A stretch of 64,000 nucleotides of DNA from Candidatus Hydrogenedentota bacterium (GCA_016791475.1 JAEUWI010000017.1:33957-97956); one strand, 5' to 3'. Shown: positions 46,569-56,374, numbered from the stretch's first letter. Notes: a model not told the origin generated them from the letters alone. Numbers and translations are program-made.

Positions 46569-48311
46569 ATGAATGCACACAACCGCAGAACGTTCCTGAA
46601 GGGCGCCACCGCGCTGGGCCTGGCCGGCTTTGCCGACGTGACCCGCGCCGCCTACGGGGCTGAGAAGATCTCCACCGAATCGACCCTGAAGGTTCGAATC
46701 AAGGCGGACGGGGAGCCCCTCGTCGCCCGAGGCTTTGCAATCTTGAAGGATCGAATCGAGCAGCGATGCGCGGTTCGCGTTGTCGAAGGTCGAAGCGGTG
46801 CAACGGTTATCCTGACGGTGGACGAGAAGCTTCCCCCGGAGGCTTTCCGTATTGATGAGAAGCGTGGCGCGGTTCGTGTCGCGGGGGGCTCGCCGAGCGG
46901 CCTGCTCTATGGCATTGGGAAGTTCCTTCGCACCAGCGGCTACGATGGCGGCTTTCAGCCCTCGAGCTGGCGCGGCACTTCGGCGCCGCAGGGCTCCCTG
47001 CGGGGCATGTACTTTGCCTCTCACTTCCACAACTGGTATCACGAGGCGCCGGAGGCGGAAGTGATTCGTTACATGGAAGACCTCTCGCTCTGGGGCGTGA
47101 ACGCCATCATGGTCATCTTCCCCATGATCAATCTTCAGGGCTGGGATGACCCCGAAGCGGAACCCGCGATGGCGAAGCTGCGCCAGTATGTGGTCTCCGC
47201 ACGAGAACTGGGGCTGCAATTTGTCACCGGATTGAACAACTGCATGTTCATCGGCGCACCCCAGGACATCCGCGCCGGTCGCCTGCCCGACCCGACAAAG
47301 CGGCGGGGCAACAGCGGCCATCCCATCTGCCCCAGCAATCCCAAAGGGCACGCCTACCTCATGGAGAACACGGAGAAGCTTTATCAAAGACTGGCGGATG
47401 TGGGTCTGGATCTGGTCTGCATGTGGCCCTACGACGAAGGGGGCTGCTCCTGCGATCAATGCGCGCCCTGGGGCAGCAATGGCTACGTGAAGATCTCACG
47501 AGACCTTACGTTGCTTGGCCGGAAGTACTTTCCGAATCTCAAAACCATCGTGAGCACCTGGATGTTTGACACGCCACCCGAAGGCGAGTGGCAGGGCCTG
47601 ACGGACGTGCTGGCCAGGCAGAATGACTGGGCAAGTTACATACTGGCCGATTCCCACGAGGACTTCCCCCGCTATCCGCTGGACGTTACCGTGCCGGGCA
47701 ACCTGCCCCTCATCAATTTTCCCGAAATCAGCATGTGGGGCAACTCCCCCTGGGGCGGTGTCGGCGCCCATCCCCTGCCCGCCCGCTTCCAGCGCCTGTG
47801 GGACCAGGTGAAGCACAAGGTCGAGGGCGGCTTTCCCTACAGCGAAGGCATCTATGAAGACATGAGCAAGGCCATCGTTCTCCAGTTCTACTGGAATCGC
47901 GACCAATCCGCACGGGCCACGCTGGAGGAATACATCGCCTATGAATTTGGGTCCGGCGTGACCGAAGACGTGCTGGCGTTGGTGGAGCTCTTGGAGAGCG
48001 CCGTCGGCCGCGCTTTCCGAAAGGAACCTGCCGACAAAGAGGCCGTCGAACGCGCCTTCGCGCTGGCGGAGGGTGTTCACGCCCGGCTGCCGGAGTGGGC
48101 GCGCACGAGCTGGCGCTGGGAGATTCTCCATTTGCGCGCCCTGCTCGACCGCGAGCGCTTTGCCGGCGCGGGGCTGGAGAGTCCCACCGCTGAAGCCGCG
48201 CTCTTGCGCCTGGTGGAGATTTACCACTGCCAGTTGGAAACGGACGACCCCTACCACCACCGTGTCCGGCCTCGACTTCGCCAGGCGGTGGACCGTGCGG
48301 GGAGAAAATAA
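46569..48311 (+). CDS. Tat-exported glycoside-hydrolase-like protein (paralog of the gene at 1..963)
   Basis: Start MNAHNRRTFLKGATALGLAGFA with AAGGAGAG RBS. Shares W-GVNA and CxCxxC motifs with the first gene. Confidence 0.75.
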   Translation: MNAHNRRTFLKGATALGLAGFADVTRAAYGAEKISTESTLKVRIKADGEPLVARGFAILKDRIEQRCAVRVVEGRSGATVILTVDEKLPPEAFRIDEKRGAVRVAGGSPSGLLYGIGKFLRTSGYDGGFQPSSWRGTSAPQGSLRGMYFASHFHNWYHEAPEAEVIRYMEDLSLWGVNAIMVIFPMINLQGWDDPEAEPAMAKLRQYVVSARELGLQFVTGLNNCMFIGAPQDIRAGRLPDPTKRRGNSGHPICPSNPKGHAYLMENTEKLYQRLADVGLDLVCMWPYDEGGCSCDQCAPWGSNGYVKISRDLTLLGRKYFPNLKTIVSTWMFDTPPEGEWQGLTDVLARQNDWASYILADSHEDFPRYPLDVTVPGNLPLINFPEISMWGNSPWGGVGAHPLPARFQRLWDQVKHKVEGGFPYSEGIYEDMSKAIVLQFYWNRDQSARATLEEYIAYEFGSGVTEDVLALVELLESAVGRAFRKEPADKEAVERAFALAEGVHARLPEWARTSWRWEILHLRALLDRERFAGAGLESPTAEAALLRLVEIYHCQLETDDPYHHRVRPRLRQAVDRAGRK

Positions 48312-48327
48312 TGTAGTCTCACGAACA

Positions 48328-48357
48328 CCGGGGCGCGTTGGCGTCAGCGCGCCCCGG
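48328..48357. terminator. GC-rich hairpin (CCGGGGCGCG-N9-GCGCGCCCCGG) between convergent genes, overlapping the stop of 48344..49606
   Basis: Seen in sequence. 10-11 bp perfect stem. Confidence 0.45.
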
Positions 48358-49606
48358 GCGGTTCCTTCCATTCCCCCACCACCTGCTGGATGGCCTCCAG
48401 CGCGCCAAGGTCGCTTTCGATGCCTTCCCAGTTGTAGACGGTAATATGGCGGCAATCGCGAAACTGAAAGGTCTTCACAAAGTGCTCCGCCCAGGCCGCG
48501 CGGTCCTGTCCGGGCCACAGCCATTCCACAGCGGCCCAGCGGGTCCGACCCGCGTGCGCCATCGCCTCTTCTATCGGGGCCATATCCGCCGGGCCCTTCC
48601 AGTAAATGCTCCAGCCCGGCGTGGACCATTCGTTGAACGCGGCGGAAAAGGGAATATGACGTTCGAAGGGTTCCAAGGTTCCGCCCTCGTGGACGTAGAC
48701 CTTCTCGGGCGGCAACCCGGCATCCGCGGCGGTCTTTGCGAGCAACCCGAGATAGCGCCGGACCACTTCGCCGAGGTCGTCGCGAGTCAACACGCCCTCG
48801 GACTTGATGCCGGCGCTTTTCACCGCCGCGTAGCCAAGCTGGGCCAGACCGCCACTCAGCCCTTTGGTCGCGTCCAGGCCATAGACAGGATCGTGCGTTT
48901 CTTCGGCGGGCCACTTCTCCGCGAACTGATTCCCATCGGGATAGTAGAAAGCGTTGTAGCCGATGCTGGCCTCCCAACCCAGCTTCACGCCGCCAAAGAG
49001 GTGGGCGCGCGCAGGCGGGAGAGCCCGGCGCCATTCTTCCACGATTCCGAGTAGTGTCTTCATCGGCTCAAGCGTCGCGTTGAGCACTTTGGGACTCATG
49101 ATGTTCTGCGCTGGGGCCACGCGCAATTGACGTCCCCAGTTGCGCCATCCGATCTTCACCGCACCGCTGGGATCCCAGGTGCACCACTCCACGTTCTGCA
49201 CGTTCGCCGGGTCATAGCCTGGTCGCGCGGGATCCCACCAGTTCCACAGCTCGGGGCGGTTCTCCCACCAGTTCTGCCCGTCGAGCACAATCAGCACGGG
49301 CACTCCCGTGGCCTCGCTGGCGCGCAACAAATCGTGCAAGGCGCGCGTTTGCTGTTCCATGGGCGAATTGAGCACGGAGAAGATCCAGCTCACGCCCACG
49401 CGCATGTCCTCCCGCTCCGATGCGCCGATGGTTCTCGAAATTTCTGTCAGTGTTGCTCGAAAATCCGCCTCGCTCTCGCCCCGCTGCTCGCCAGAACCAT
49501 AGGCCACGTTGAGAAAGATATAGCGGGGATCCCCCGACGCGGCAAGGGCGACCAGGGAATAGGAAAGACAGGCAATCACGGTCACGACCCTGGGGAACAG
49601 GCTCAT
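48344..49606 (-). CDS. Secreted hypothetical protein
   Basis: Signal peptide MSLFPRVVTVIACLSYSLVALAASG. No family assigned. Confidence 0.7.
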   Translation of the reverse strand: MSLFPRVVTVIACLSYSLVALAASGDPRYIFLNVAYGSGEQRGESEADFRATLTEISRTIGASEREDMRVGVSWIFSVLNSPMEQQTRALHDLLRASEATGVPVLIVLDGQNWWENRPELWNWWDPARPGYDPANVQNVEWCTWDPSGAVKIGWRNWGRQLRVAPAQNIMSPKVLNATLEPMKTLLGIVEEWRRALPPARAHLFGGVKLGWEASIGYNAFYYPDGNQFAEKWPAEETHDPVYGLDATKGLSGGLAQLGYAAVKSAGIKSEGVLTRDDLGEVVRRYLGLLAKTAADAGLPPEKVYVHEGGTLEPFERHIPFSAAFNEWSTPGWSIYWKGPADMAPIEEAMAHAGRTRWAAVEWLWPGQDRAAWAEHFVKTFQFRDCRHITVYNWEGIESDLGALEAIQQVVGEWKEPPGAR

Positions 49607-50553
49607 GACGCGATGTCCGCGGCCGCCAGTTCCCGCAGGCGCCCCACATCTCTCGTGGGCGCATCGCCAAACTGGCGCTTGTACTCCCGACTGAAAAAGG
49701 ACGGATCGCGGTACCCGACGCGATACCCCGCCTCCGATGCGTCCAACCCTTCGCTGAGCATGAGTCGCCGGGCTTCCTGCAGGCGCAATTGTTTCTGAAA
49801 CTGGAGCGGACTCATGGCCGTGACCGCTTTGAAATGGGCGTGGAAGCCCGAAACGCTCATGCCGAGTTCGCGCGCCATGTCTTCGGCGCGAAAGGGTTTG
49901 TCGAAGCGCTCGCTCAGCTTTCTGACCGCGCGCGCCATCCGGTGCGCCTGGCCGCCGATGGTCGCAAGATGGCGCATGCGGCTGCTCTGCGCGCCTGTCA
50001 GGAGACGATAAACAATCTCGCGGATGACCAGCGGCGCGAGGGCGCGATAGTCCGCGGGGCTCTCGGCCAGCCGAGCGAGACGCAGGGTGGCATCCAGCAG
50101 ATCGGTATCGAGCGGACTGACGTCGATGGACTTCACGCCGCCGCCGTCGCCGCGCTGTGGCTCGCCGTCCAAATCGAGCATCACGGCGGTGACGACCGAA
50201 GGATCGAGGACGAGTCGAAAACCGAGATAGGGCTTCTCGGGTGACGCATCGACCACCTGGCCCGTCAGCGGGAGATCGACCGTGGTGATGAGATATTGCG
50301 CGGGATCGTAGCGCAGGCGCTCCTCACCCACCATGACTTCCTTGCTTCCCTGGGCGATGACGCAGAAGGAGGGCTCGCTGACGCCGTGTACGCGTTCGGT
50401 CGTGTCCGAACCGCGGCGGAAGTGAAGGCCGGGCTGAATCTCGACGCCGCCATCGCGCCGGGCCACCCGCGCGATGCGCTGGGCCAGTTCTTCCAGGTCG
50501 GCCTGCCGCCGGCGGATCTCGCGATCAATTGATGCCTTCATGAATCGCTCCAT
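49603..50553 (-). CDS. AraC-family transcriptional regulator
   Basis: C-terminal HTH_18 (AraC) region (RAEDMARELGMSVSGFHAHFK...FSREYKRQFG) with an N-terminal AraC-type ligand-binding domain. Divergent from the ADH gene. Confidence 0.85.
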   Translation of the reverse strand: MERFMKASIDREIRRRQADLEELAQRIARVARRDGGVEIQPGLHFRRGSDTTERVHGVSEPSFCVIAQGSKEVMVGEERLRYDPAQYLITTVDLPLTGQVVDASPEKPYLGFRLVLDPSVVTAVMLDLDGEPQRGDGGGVKSIDVSPLDTDLLDATLRLARLAESPADYRALAPLVIREIVYRLLTGAQSSRMRHLATIGGQAHRMARAVRKLSERFDKPFRAEDMARELGMSVSGFHAHFKAVTAMSPLQFQKQLRLQEARRLMLSEGLDASEAGYRVGYRDPSFFSREYKRQFGDAPTRDVGRLRELAAADIAS

Positions 50554-50804
50554 GCTTCCATCCCACTTGAATCGGATATAAAGCTAAACCTTGGAGGATT
50601 GTACCAGCATATCCGAGGATCGTGATACTCAATTCTTAAGAATTGGTTGTAGAATTTGTGCAGGTCCGATAGACCTCACGCGTAGAGCGGCCGAAGCGTT
50701 TGGAATCTTGTCCTACGTTCACCCGTCCAAGCGAAGCCGATTATGCGGACAAGTCGAAGTCATTCCGCCGGCAGTCCAAATACCCAACAAACAGGAGTTA
50801 CACC

Positions 50805-51860
50805 ATGAAAAACGTCAAAGCCTTCTCCGCCGCCAGCGCCACCTCCCCCCTTGCGGGCGACCAGATTCCACGCCGCGATCCCCTGGAGCACGACGTTCAG
50901 ATCGAGATTCTGTTCTGCGGCGTCTGCCACTCCGATCTCCATCAGGTGCGCGACGAGTGGAAAAGCGTCATGCCCACGGTCTACCCCTGCGTCCCTGGCC
51001 ATGAGATCGTCGGCCGCGTCACCAGCGTCGGTAGTCATGTGAAGGGCTTCAACGTCGGCGACCTGGCGGCCGTCGGCTGCCTGGTGGACTCGGACCGCAC
51101 CTGCCCCGATTGCCAAGCGGGCTTCGAGCAGTTCTGCGGCAATATGACGCTGACCTACAACTCGCCGGACAAACACCTCGGCGGGGTTACCTATGGCGGC
51201 TATTCCGACAGCATCGTGGTGGATGAACGCTATGTCCTGCGCGTCCCGGAAAACCTCGATCTCGCGGGCACCGCACCCCTCCTTTGCGCGGGCATCACCA
51301 CCTATTCGCCCATGCGCCACTGGGGCGCCGGCCCCGGCAAGAAAGTCGGCATTGTCGGCCTGGGTGGGCTGGGCCACATGGGGGTGAAATTTGCCCACGC
51401 CCTCGGCGCCCACGTGGTCGTGTTTACCACTTCCCCCGGCAAGGTGGAAGACGCCTTGCGCCTGGGCGCGGACGAAGTTGTCCTCTCGAAAGACGCCAAC
51501 GAAATGCAGCAGCACGCCGGCAGCTTCGACTTCATCCTTGACGCCGTCTCCGCGGACCACGACGTCAATGCCTATCTCAATCTTCTCCGCCGTGACGGCA
51601 CCATCACGCTCGTCGGCGCGCCGGAGAAGCCCATGGCCGTGTCCGCCTTTAACCTCATCTTCGGACGCCGCAGCCTGTCGGGTTCCCCCATCGGCGGTAT
51701 CGCCGAGACCCAGGAAATGCTCGACTTCTGCGGCGCACACAACATCACCGCGGATGTGGAGGTTATCGCAATCCAGCAGATCAACGAGGCCTACGAGCGC
51801 CTGCTGAAGTCGGACGTGAAGTATCGATTCTCCATCGACATGGCCTCGCTCAAGGCATAG
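50805..51860 (+). CDS. Zinc-dependent NAD(P)-dependent alcohol dehydrogenase (YahK/cinnamyl-ADH-like)
   Basis: GVCHSDLH zinc motif; GHEIVG; structural-zinc site CPDC; GLGGLGHMG Rossmann loop; CAGGAG RBS. Confidence 0.9.
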   Translation: MKNVKAFSAASATSPLAGDQIPRRDPLEHDVQIEILFCGVCHSDLHQVRDEWKSVMPTVYPCVPGHEIVGRVTSVGSHVKGFNVGDLAAVGCLVDSDRTCPDCQAGFEQFCGNMTLTYNSPDKHLGGVTYGGYSDSIVVDERYVLRVPENLDLAGTAPLLCAGITTYSPMRHWGAGPGKKVGIVGLGGLGHMGVKFAHALGAHVVVFTTSPGKVEDALRLGADEVVLSKDANEMQQHAGSFDFILDAVSADHDVNAYLNLLRRDGTITLVGAPEKPMAVSAFNLIFGRRSLSGSPIGGIAETQEMLDFCGAHNITADVEVIAIQQINEAYERLLKSDVKYRFSIDMASLKA

Positions 51861-51870
51861 CCGAATGGAA

Positions 51871-51907
51871 GCGCCCGCCGGGAGACATCCCCGGCGGGCG
51901 CGTTTGT
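51871..51907. terminator. Bidirectional terminator hairpin GCGCCCGCCGGG-N7-CCCGGCGGGCGC followed by GTTTGT
   Basis: 12-bp perfect stem between the convergent ADH (+) and phospholipase C (-) genes. Confidence 0.55.
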
Positions 51908-51923
51908 AAAAGGCTGAAGATAC

Positions 51924-54308
51924 TCACCCCATGGCCGGATCGGATATCGACCATTCCCCGGTCTCCACCCGCCCCGCAAATCTTAACGCGGTCTCCCCGG
52001 CTCGCGCCGAAAGATCGTACCACTGCTTTCCGGCGTTGGTCTCGATGGAAATCGTCTGCTTCTGCCCTGGCTTCAGGGAAACGGGCTGAAGTCGATCCCC
52101 GTAGGATTCGTCGGCCAGCGCCACTTCGATGGGCTGTTCAGTCAGGTTGACGAGGGCGAGTGAAAGGCTCGCCCCGTCACTTCGAATTTCAGCGTTGAAC
52201 ACGGGCGCTCCCGCGCTCTTAAGTGCGCGCATGAAGCCGTTGGGTCCGTCGATTCGTACATCGCATTCACCCGCGACCGGAAGCGTGTCTTCTATCGCAT
52301 CACCCGGCACAACCGCATAGGACCGGCAGATCATTTCCTTGCCATACACGTATGCATTGAAGGCGCCGCCCGCCGCCCGTTCCTGGTTGCGCGCGTTGCC
52401 CGCTTCGAGGCGAATCGTCACGCCGTCCTTCGCGGGCTGGAAATTCGCCTCCAGCTCATAGGGCAAGGGACAAGACGGTCGCCCGCCGCGTTCCTGGAAA
52501 GCCGCCACCTCAAAGGTCTCGACCTCGCCCGGTTTCAACGGTGCGGCGGCCTTCGGGGCTTCGGTAAAGCTGGCCTTGTGAATACGCTCCACATAGGCGT
52601 CCCGGTCGAGGTATTCCGGCAACGGGTACTCTTCTCCGTTCCAGGGTTTAAAAGCGGAGGTGAGATCGCCGCAGACCGTACGACGCCAGGGGCTGATATT
52701 GGTCTCTTTCACGGGTGTGCCTTTGCCCGCGAGCCATTGCTCAAGGAACATGAGGATGGACGTGTGGTCGCTGACTTGCGAGTTCACACAACCACCCCGA
52801 GTCCACGGGGACGCGATAACCAGCGGACAGCGATAACCCAGACCGATGGAATGATCGCGCTCGTGCGCGTCGGAAACATCGAGGGCGGTGTCGAGCCCTT
52901 CGGAGCACTTGCCCGTTTCGGGGCGCCCTGGATGGGGCGCCACAAAGGGAGGAAGATGATCGAAGAGCCCATCGTTCTCGTCGTAGCACAGAATAAAGAC
53001 GGTCTTCTTCCACACTTCGGGATCGCGCGTGAGGATGTTGAGCACTTCGCTCAAGTACCACGCGCCAAACCAGGCGGAGCCGGGGTGATCGGAAAAGCGC
53101 TCGGGCGCGACGAGCCAGGAAACCGCCGGAAGCGTGCCGCCGTCGACGTCCTTGCGGAATTGGTGGAGCACATCGCCTTTGGGCACTTGGATCGTGCGGG
53201 CCTGGCCTTCGTCATCGTAGTGGTGCTCTACGAGCGTGCGATAATCGGGATCGCCCTCGTTCGTGCAGAAGGCTTTCTCGTGGAGCGCCTTTGCTTTGGC
53301 GTCCAGGCTGTTCCAGCCCGCGTCCGTGTACTCGGTCAATTCCTTTCGGGCACTCTCAAGAATCTGCTCCCCTCGCGCGCGATCTTTTGCGAGCTTTGCC
53401 GATGCCTCGGCGGACAGGGTACCGCTGGCCAGCGCTTCGGACGCTTCTTTCAGTTTCACTCCGAGGATTTCGATGAGCTTCGGAAGGTGGGCCCTGCGCT
53501 GCTTTGAATAACGAACGCGAAACTGGCTGAACCACTCGATGGGGTTGTCGGTGAAATTGGAAAGCCACGCGTCCTCTTCGCCGACGAGCCCGGTATCCAG
53601 CGATATCTCGTTCTGGTAAATCTTCCACGAGACTCCCGCGTCTTCCAGGCGCTCCGGGTAGGTGGTCCAGGCCGCTTCGGCATCGTAGTCCGTGTCGCCG
53701 TTCTGCACCCGCGCGGGATGGGCCGCATCCTCGCGAATCGTGCCGCTCCAGAGGTGCAGCCGGTTTGGCGTTGTGCCCGTCAGCGAAGAGCAGAAGGCGT
53801 GGTCAAACACCGTGAATGCATCGGCCAGGGCATAGTAGAAGGGAATGTCCTCCCGTGTAAAAAAGCCCATGGTCATGGGGAAGCCGTCGTCGCGCCGCTT
53901 GGCCGGAAGCCATTGATCGTAGCGGCCGCCATTGCGCGCATCCACTTGATCCTGCCAGGAGTGGGGCGTGCCGCCCATCCAGGTGACCTTCGAGCCCTCC
54001 ATGTCCATGCGAAACGGCGGGATGATCGTGCCGTCGGTGTCCGGCTGAAACCAGACCGGCATCCCATTGGGCTGGCGATGCGCTCGTGGATCGCGATAGC
54101 CCCGCACGCCGCGCAGCGATCCGTAGGCGTGATCGAAGGAGCGGTTCTCCTGCATGAGGATCACCACGTGCTCCGCGTCGTGAAAGGTCGATCCGGGCGC
54201 GGGGTTGATCGCCGCCGCAGCAGCAATGGCCTCGGGCATGCCGCTCCACACCACGGAGGCCGAACCCAGGGCGGCGGCGGCCTTAAGAAATTCACGTCGA
54301 GATTGCAT
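51924..54308 (-). CDS. Tat-exported phospholipase C (non-haemolytic PlcN-type phosphoesterase family)
   Basis: MQSRREFLKAAAALG Tat signal, followed by EHVVILMQENRSFDHAYG, the family's conserved N-terminal motif. Confidence 0.9.
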   Translation of the reverse strand: MQSRREFLKAAAALGSASVVWSGMPEAIAAAAAINPAPGSTFHDAEHVVILMQENRSFDHAYGSLRGVRGYRDPRAHRQPNGMPVWFQPDTDGTIIPPFRMDMEGSKVTWMGGTPHSWQDQVDARNGGRYDQWLPAKRRDDGFPMTMGFFTREDIPFYYALADAFTVFDHAFCSSLTGTTPNRLHLWSGTIREDAAHPARVQNGDTDYDAEAAWTTYPERLEDAGVSWKIYQNEISLDTGLVGEEDAWLSNFTDNPIEWFSQFRVRYSKQRRAHLPKLIEILGVKLKEASEALASGTLSAEASAKLAKDRARGEQILESARKELTEYTDAGWNSLDAKAKALHEKAFCTNEGDPDYRTLVEHHYDDEGQARTIQVPKGDVLHQFRKDVDGGTLPAVSWLVAPERFSDHPGSAWFGAWYLSEVLNILTRDPEVWKKTVFILCYDENDGLFDHLPPFVAPHPGRPETGKCSEGLDTALDVSDAHERDHSIGLGYRCPLVIASPWTRGGCVNSQVSDHTSILMFLEQWLAGKGTPVKETNISPWRRTVCGDLTSAFKPWNGEEYPLPEYLDRDAYVERIHKASFTEAPKAAAPLKPGEVETFEVAAFQERGGRPSCPLPYELEANFQPAKDGVTIRLEAGNARNQERAAGGAFNAYVYGKEMICRSYAVVPGDAIEDTLPVAGECDVRIDGPNGFMRALKSAGAPVFNAEIRSDGASLSLALVNLTEQPIEVALADESYGDRLQPVSLKPGQKQTISIETNAGKQWYDLSARAGETALRFAGRVETGEWSISDPAMG

Positions 54309-54568
54309 GGTTCACCTGTCGTTGCGCGGCACCCGCGCAGAAGGTTTGAATCGGTAAGCCCCGAAAGCAGGTCGTGACTGAGGACGGGGCGATGTGTGTG
54401 CCGCGCAGATTCTACGACCTGAGGATTAATTGATCAAGGCGAGTCGCGTCAATTTTCTGTTAGCACGCGCATATGACTCTTGCCACGAATGTATGCGGCC
54501 GCAAACTAAACAGCGTATGAACAGGCAAGTTTTGCTAAATCCACTACTTCGCCTGGACTAGAATTGTT

Positions 54569-55130
54569 ATCGGGAGGGCATCAGAAACAGCCTCGTTATC
54601 TACGTCCTGCTTCGCATACCAGCGTGGGTTGGGCGTCCCGCCTGACCATCGTGCCCCAATCATCGCCTGGCAATAAGCACGTACGGCATGGTTCCCGTCC
54701 ACGTCATTACACCACTCAAGCGTAATATTCAGACCGAGGCTATGGGGTCAGGCGGGACGCCTAACCCACGTTGGCCTGCCCCCAATTTTCCAGTGGTTTC
54801 TTCAAGCACAACACACTTGGGGTATCAGAATTGCACAATGCGCCGCACGCCGCGTACGCCATCGGGAGGACATAAGAAACAGACCGGTTATTTTAGTCAT
54901 GTTTCGCACACCAACGTGGGTTGGGCGTCCCGCCTGACCATCGCGTCCCAAACATTGCCTGGCTGTTCGCACGTGCGGCATATCCCTCGAAAAAACATCA
55001 TCGCAGTACTCAATCGTAATAGGCAATGTGGTCAGGCGGGACGCCTAACCCACGTTGGCGTGCTCCAAAATTACCAGTGCAACCGCCAAGCGTGAGGGGC
55101 GATACGTGGCAGAATTGCAAAACGTGCCGA
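54569..55130. repeat. Tandem duplication of a ~292-bp unit (units begin at 54569 and 54861). Each unit contains a 27-29-bp inverted repeat whose arms lie ~95 bp apart: CCARCGTGGGTTGGGCGTCCCGCCTGACC...GGTCAGGCGGGACGCCTAACCCACGTTGG
   Basis: Units are ~75% identical overall, but the inverted-repeat arms are almost perfectly conserved. The arm mismatches are G:T (G.U-compatible). Unit 1 carries an extra A>G change that keeps wobble pairing. Confidence 0.8.
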
Positions 55131-55177
55131 ACTAGCGGTAGCGTCGATTAATTCAGACACGAGACGGAGCTAACGGA

Positions 55178-55606
55178 TTAATCTGACTCTGAAAGTTCCG
55201 CACCGGCCCATTCGAGCGCCTGCCGACGATCCAGGAACAGGCGCACGTGAACGGCCTTGCCCTTGCGAAAGGTGTAGACATCGGCGATCCGCCCTTCCCG
55301 CCATTCCGTTTCGCTTTTCAGACGCACCCGCACGTGGACAAATACAACAATCTTGTCCCCTGCGACGATGAACCGCTCCGGCTCGCAGCGTCCCTCGGCC
55401 CAGGTCCCCCGCGCCTGCGTTGCGTGCGCCTCTATCGCGGCGCGTCCCGTATACGTCCCGCCGCCCGGAGACTCCGCAAACTCGATCCACTCGATGTTCT
55501 CGTCGAAGTCTTTGACGAAGGAAGGGATATCGCCCCGGTTGAGGGCCGTGTAGGCTTCTTTCAGGGCTGCGGTCTCGGTGGTGAGAGATGGTGTCAAGCT
55601 GCTCAT
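55178..55606 (-). CDS. SnoaL-like / NTF2-fold (ketosteroid-isomerase-like) small protein
   Basis: 142-aa ORF MSSLTPSLTTETAALKEAYTALNRGD...; fold-level call only. Confidence 0.55.
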   Translation of the reverse strand: MSSLTPSLTTETAALKEAYTALNRGDIPSFVKDFDENIEWIEFAESPGGGTYTGRAAIEAHATQARGTWAEGRCEPERFIVAGDKIVVFVHVRVRLKSETEWREGRIADVYTFRKGKAVHVRLFLDRRQALEWAGAELSESD

Positions 55607-55639
55607 GTTTCCAGCCCTTTGTTTGTGTTTTTCATCTCG

Positions 55640-55765
55640 ACTTATCTGTGTTTATCTGAGTCCATCTGTGGGAAAAGGTCGCCTGCTTCCTGCAGGCAGT
55701 CGAAGGCACGTCGAGAATAGTGGGCGATAAGTTTCCCACAGATGGACTCAGATAAACACAGATAA
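55640..55765. repeat. Perfect 35-bp inverted repeat (CTTATCTGTGTTTATCTGAGTCCATCTGTGGGAAA ... TTTCCCACAGATGGACTCAGATAAACACAGATAAG) enclosing a 56-nt loop with its own small hairpin
   Basis: Seen in sequence. Lies ~120 bp downstream of the 3' end of the tmRNA gene. Confidence 0.8.
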
Positions 55766-55883
55766 GAAAACCGGTGTTCGAACCGGATGAAGCAATTCAT
55801 TTGGTTCATACTACGCCGTCAGCGCACCTTGAATGCAAAAAGCCCGCCGACCATTTGGCCAGCGGACTGCGGGTATTCTCTAA

Positions 55884-56241
55884 TGGTGGAGGCGGCGGGA
55901 ATCGAACCCGCGTCCGAAAGTGTGTCCACGAAGGCGTCTACGTGCATAGCCCGTCTTTTAAGATTCGCCACCCGGGATCGCGTGAGGCTCGCTATCCAGG
56001 GCCGCTAGGGGGAAACCTACTCTATCGGACGTTCCACCGACGTTCCGACGCGAGACCCGCTGTCGTGCGTCTTAGCCCCTTAGCAGGTGGTCAAGGGTAA
56101 GACGAGGCGGCAATTAAGCAGCCATTGCGAAATCGTGTTGATCGTTCGCAGTTAATTGGGTTCCGGTTTTTTACGAGGCCACCGGAGTCCTCGGCACGCA
56201 ACCAACGTTTCATCCACCCCCGTCGAGACCATGTCGCCCCC
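55884..56241 (-). ncRNA. ssrA: tmRNA (ssrA), ~358 nt
   Basis: Minus-strand RNA. The 5' end GGGGGCGACAUGGUCUCGACGGGGG and the 3' end GGACGCGGGUUCGAUUCCCGCCGCCUCCACCA form a tRNA-like acceptor stem, T-arm and CCA. Tag reading frame GCG AAC GAT CAA CAC GAT TTC GCA ATG GCT GCT TAA gives ANDQHDFAMAA. Confidence 0.85.
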
Positions 56242-56374
56242 ACGAAGTCTGGGTAAACGTTGCGCGGCGTCCTTCTATTTACGCCGTGCATTACTGATTA
56301 TGCCACAGGATATGCGCATTGGTCCAGCGCGCTTGCCGCCGTGGATTTGGATTCTGCATAATGGCCCCACGAGG

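Noticed and set aside
46275-47459. N-terminal ~395 codons of the 689-aa minus ORF upstream of the Hcy-methyltransferase domain
   Set aside because: The region is R/A/G-rich and has no family signal. A good RBS plus ATG lies at 46274, and the region overlaps the divergent promoter and 5' end of the + strand Tat-exported gene starting at 46569.
54569-55130. Possible CRISPR array or coding region (ORF 54688..55095)
   Set aside because: It is a two-unit tandem duplication of ~292 bp with internal long inverted repeats. The ORF spans both repeat copies and has no RBS, and no cas genes are present.
55774-56100. Small + strand ORFs overlapping the tmRNA
   Set aside because: The region encodes tmRNA on the minus strand, with a recognisable tRNA-like domain and tag ORF.
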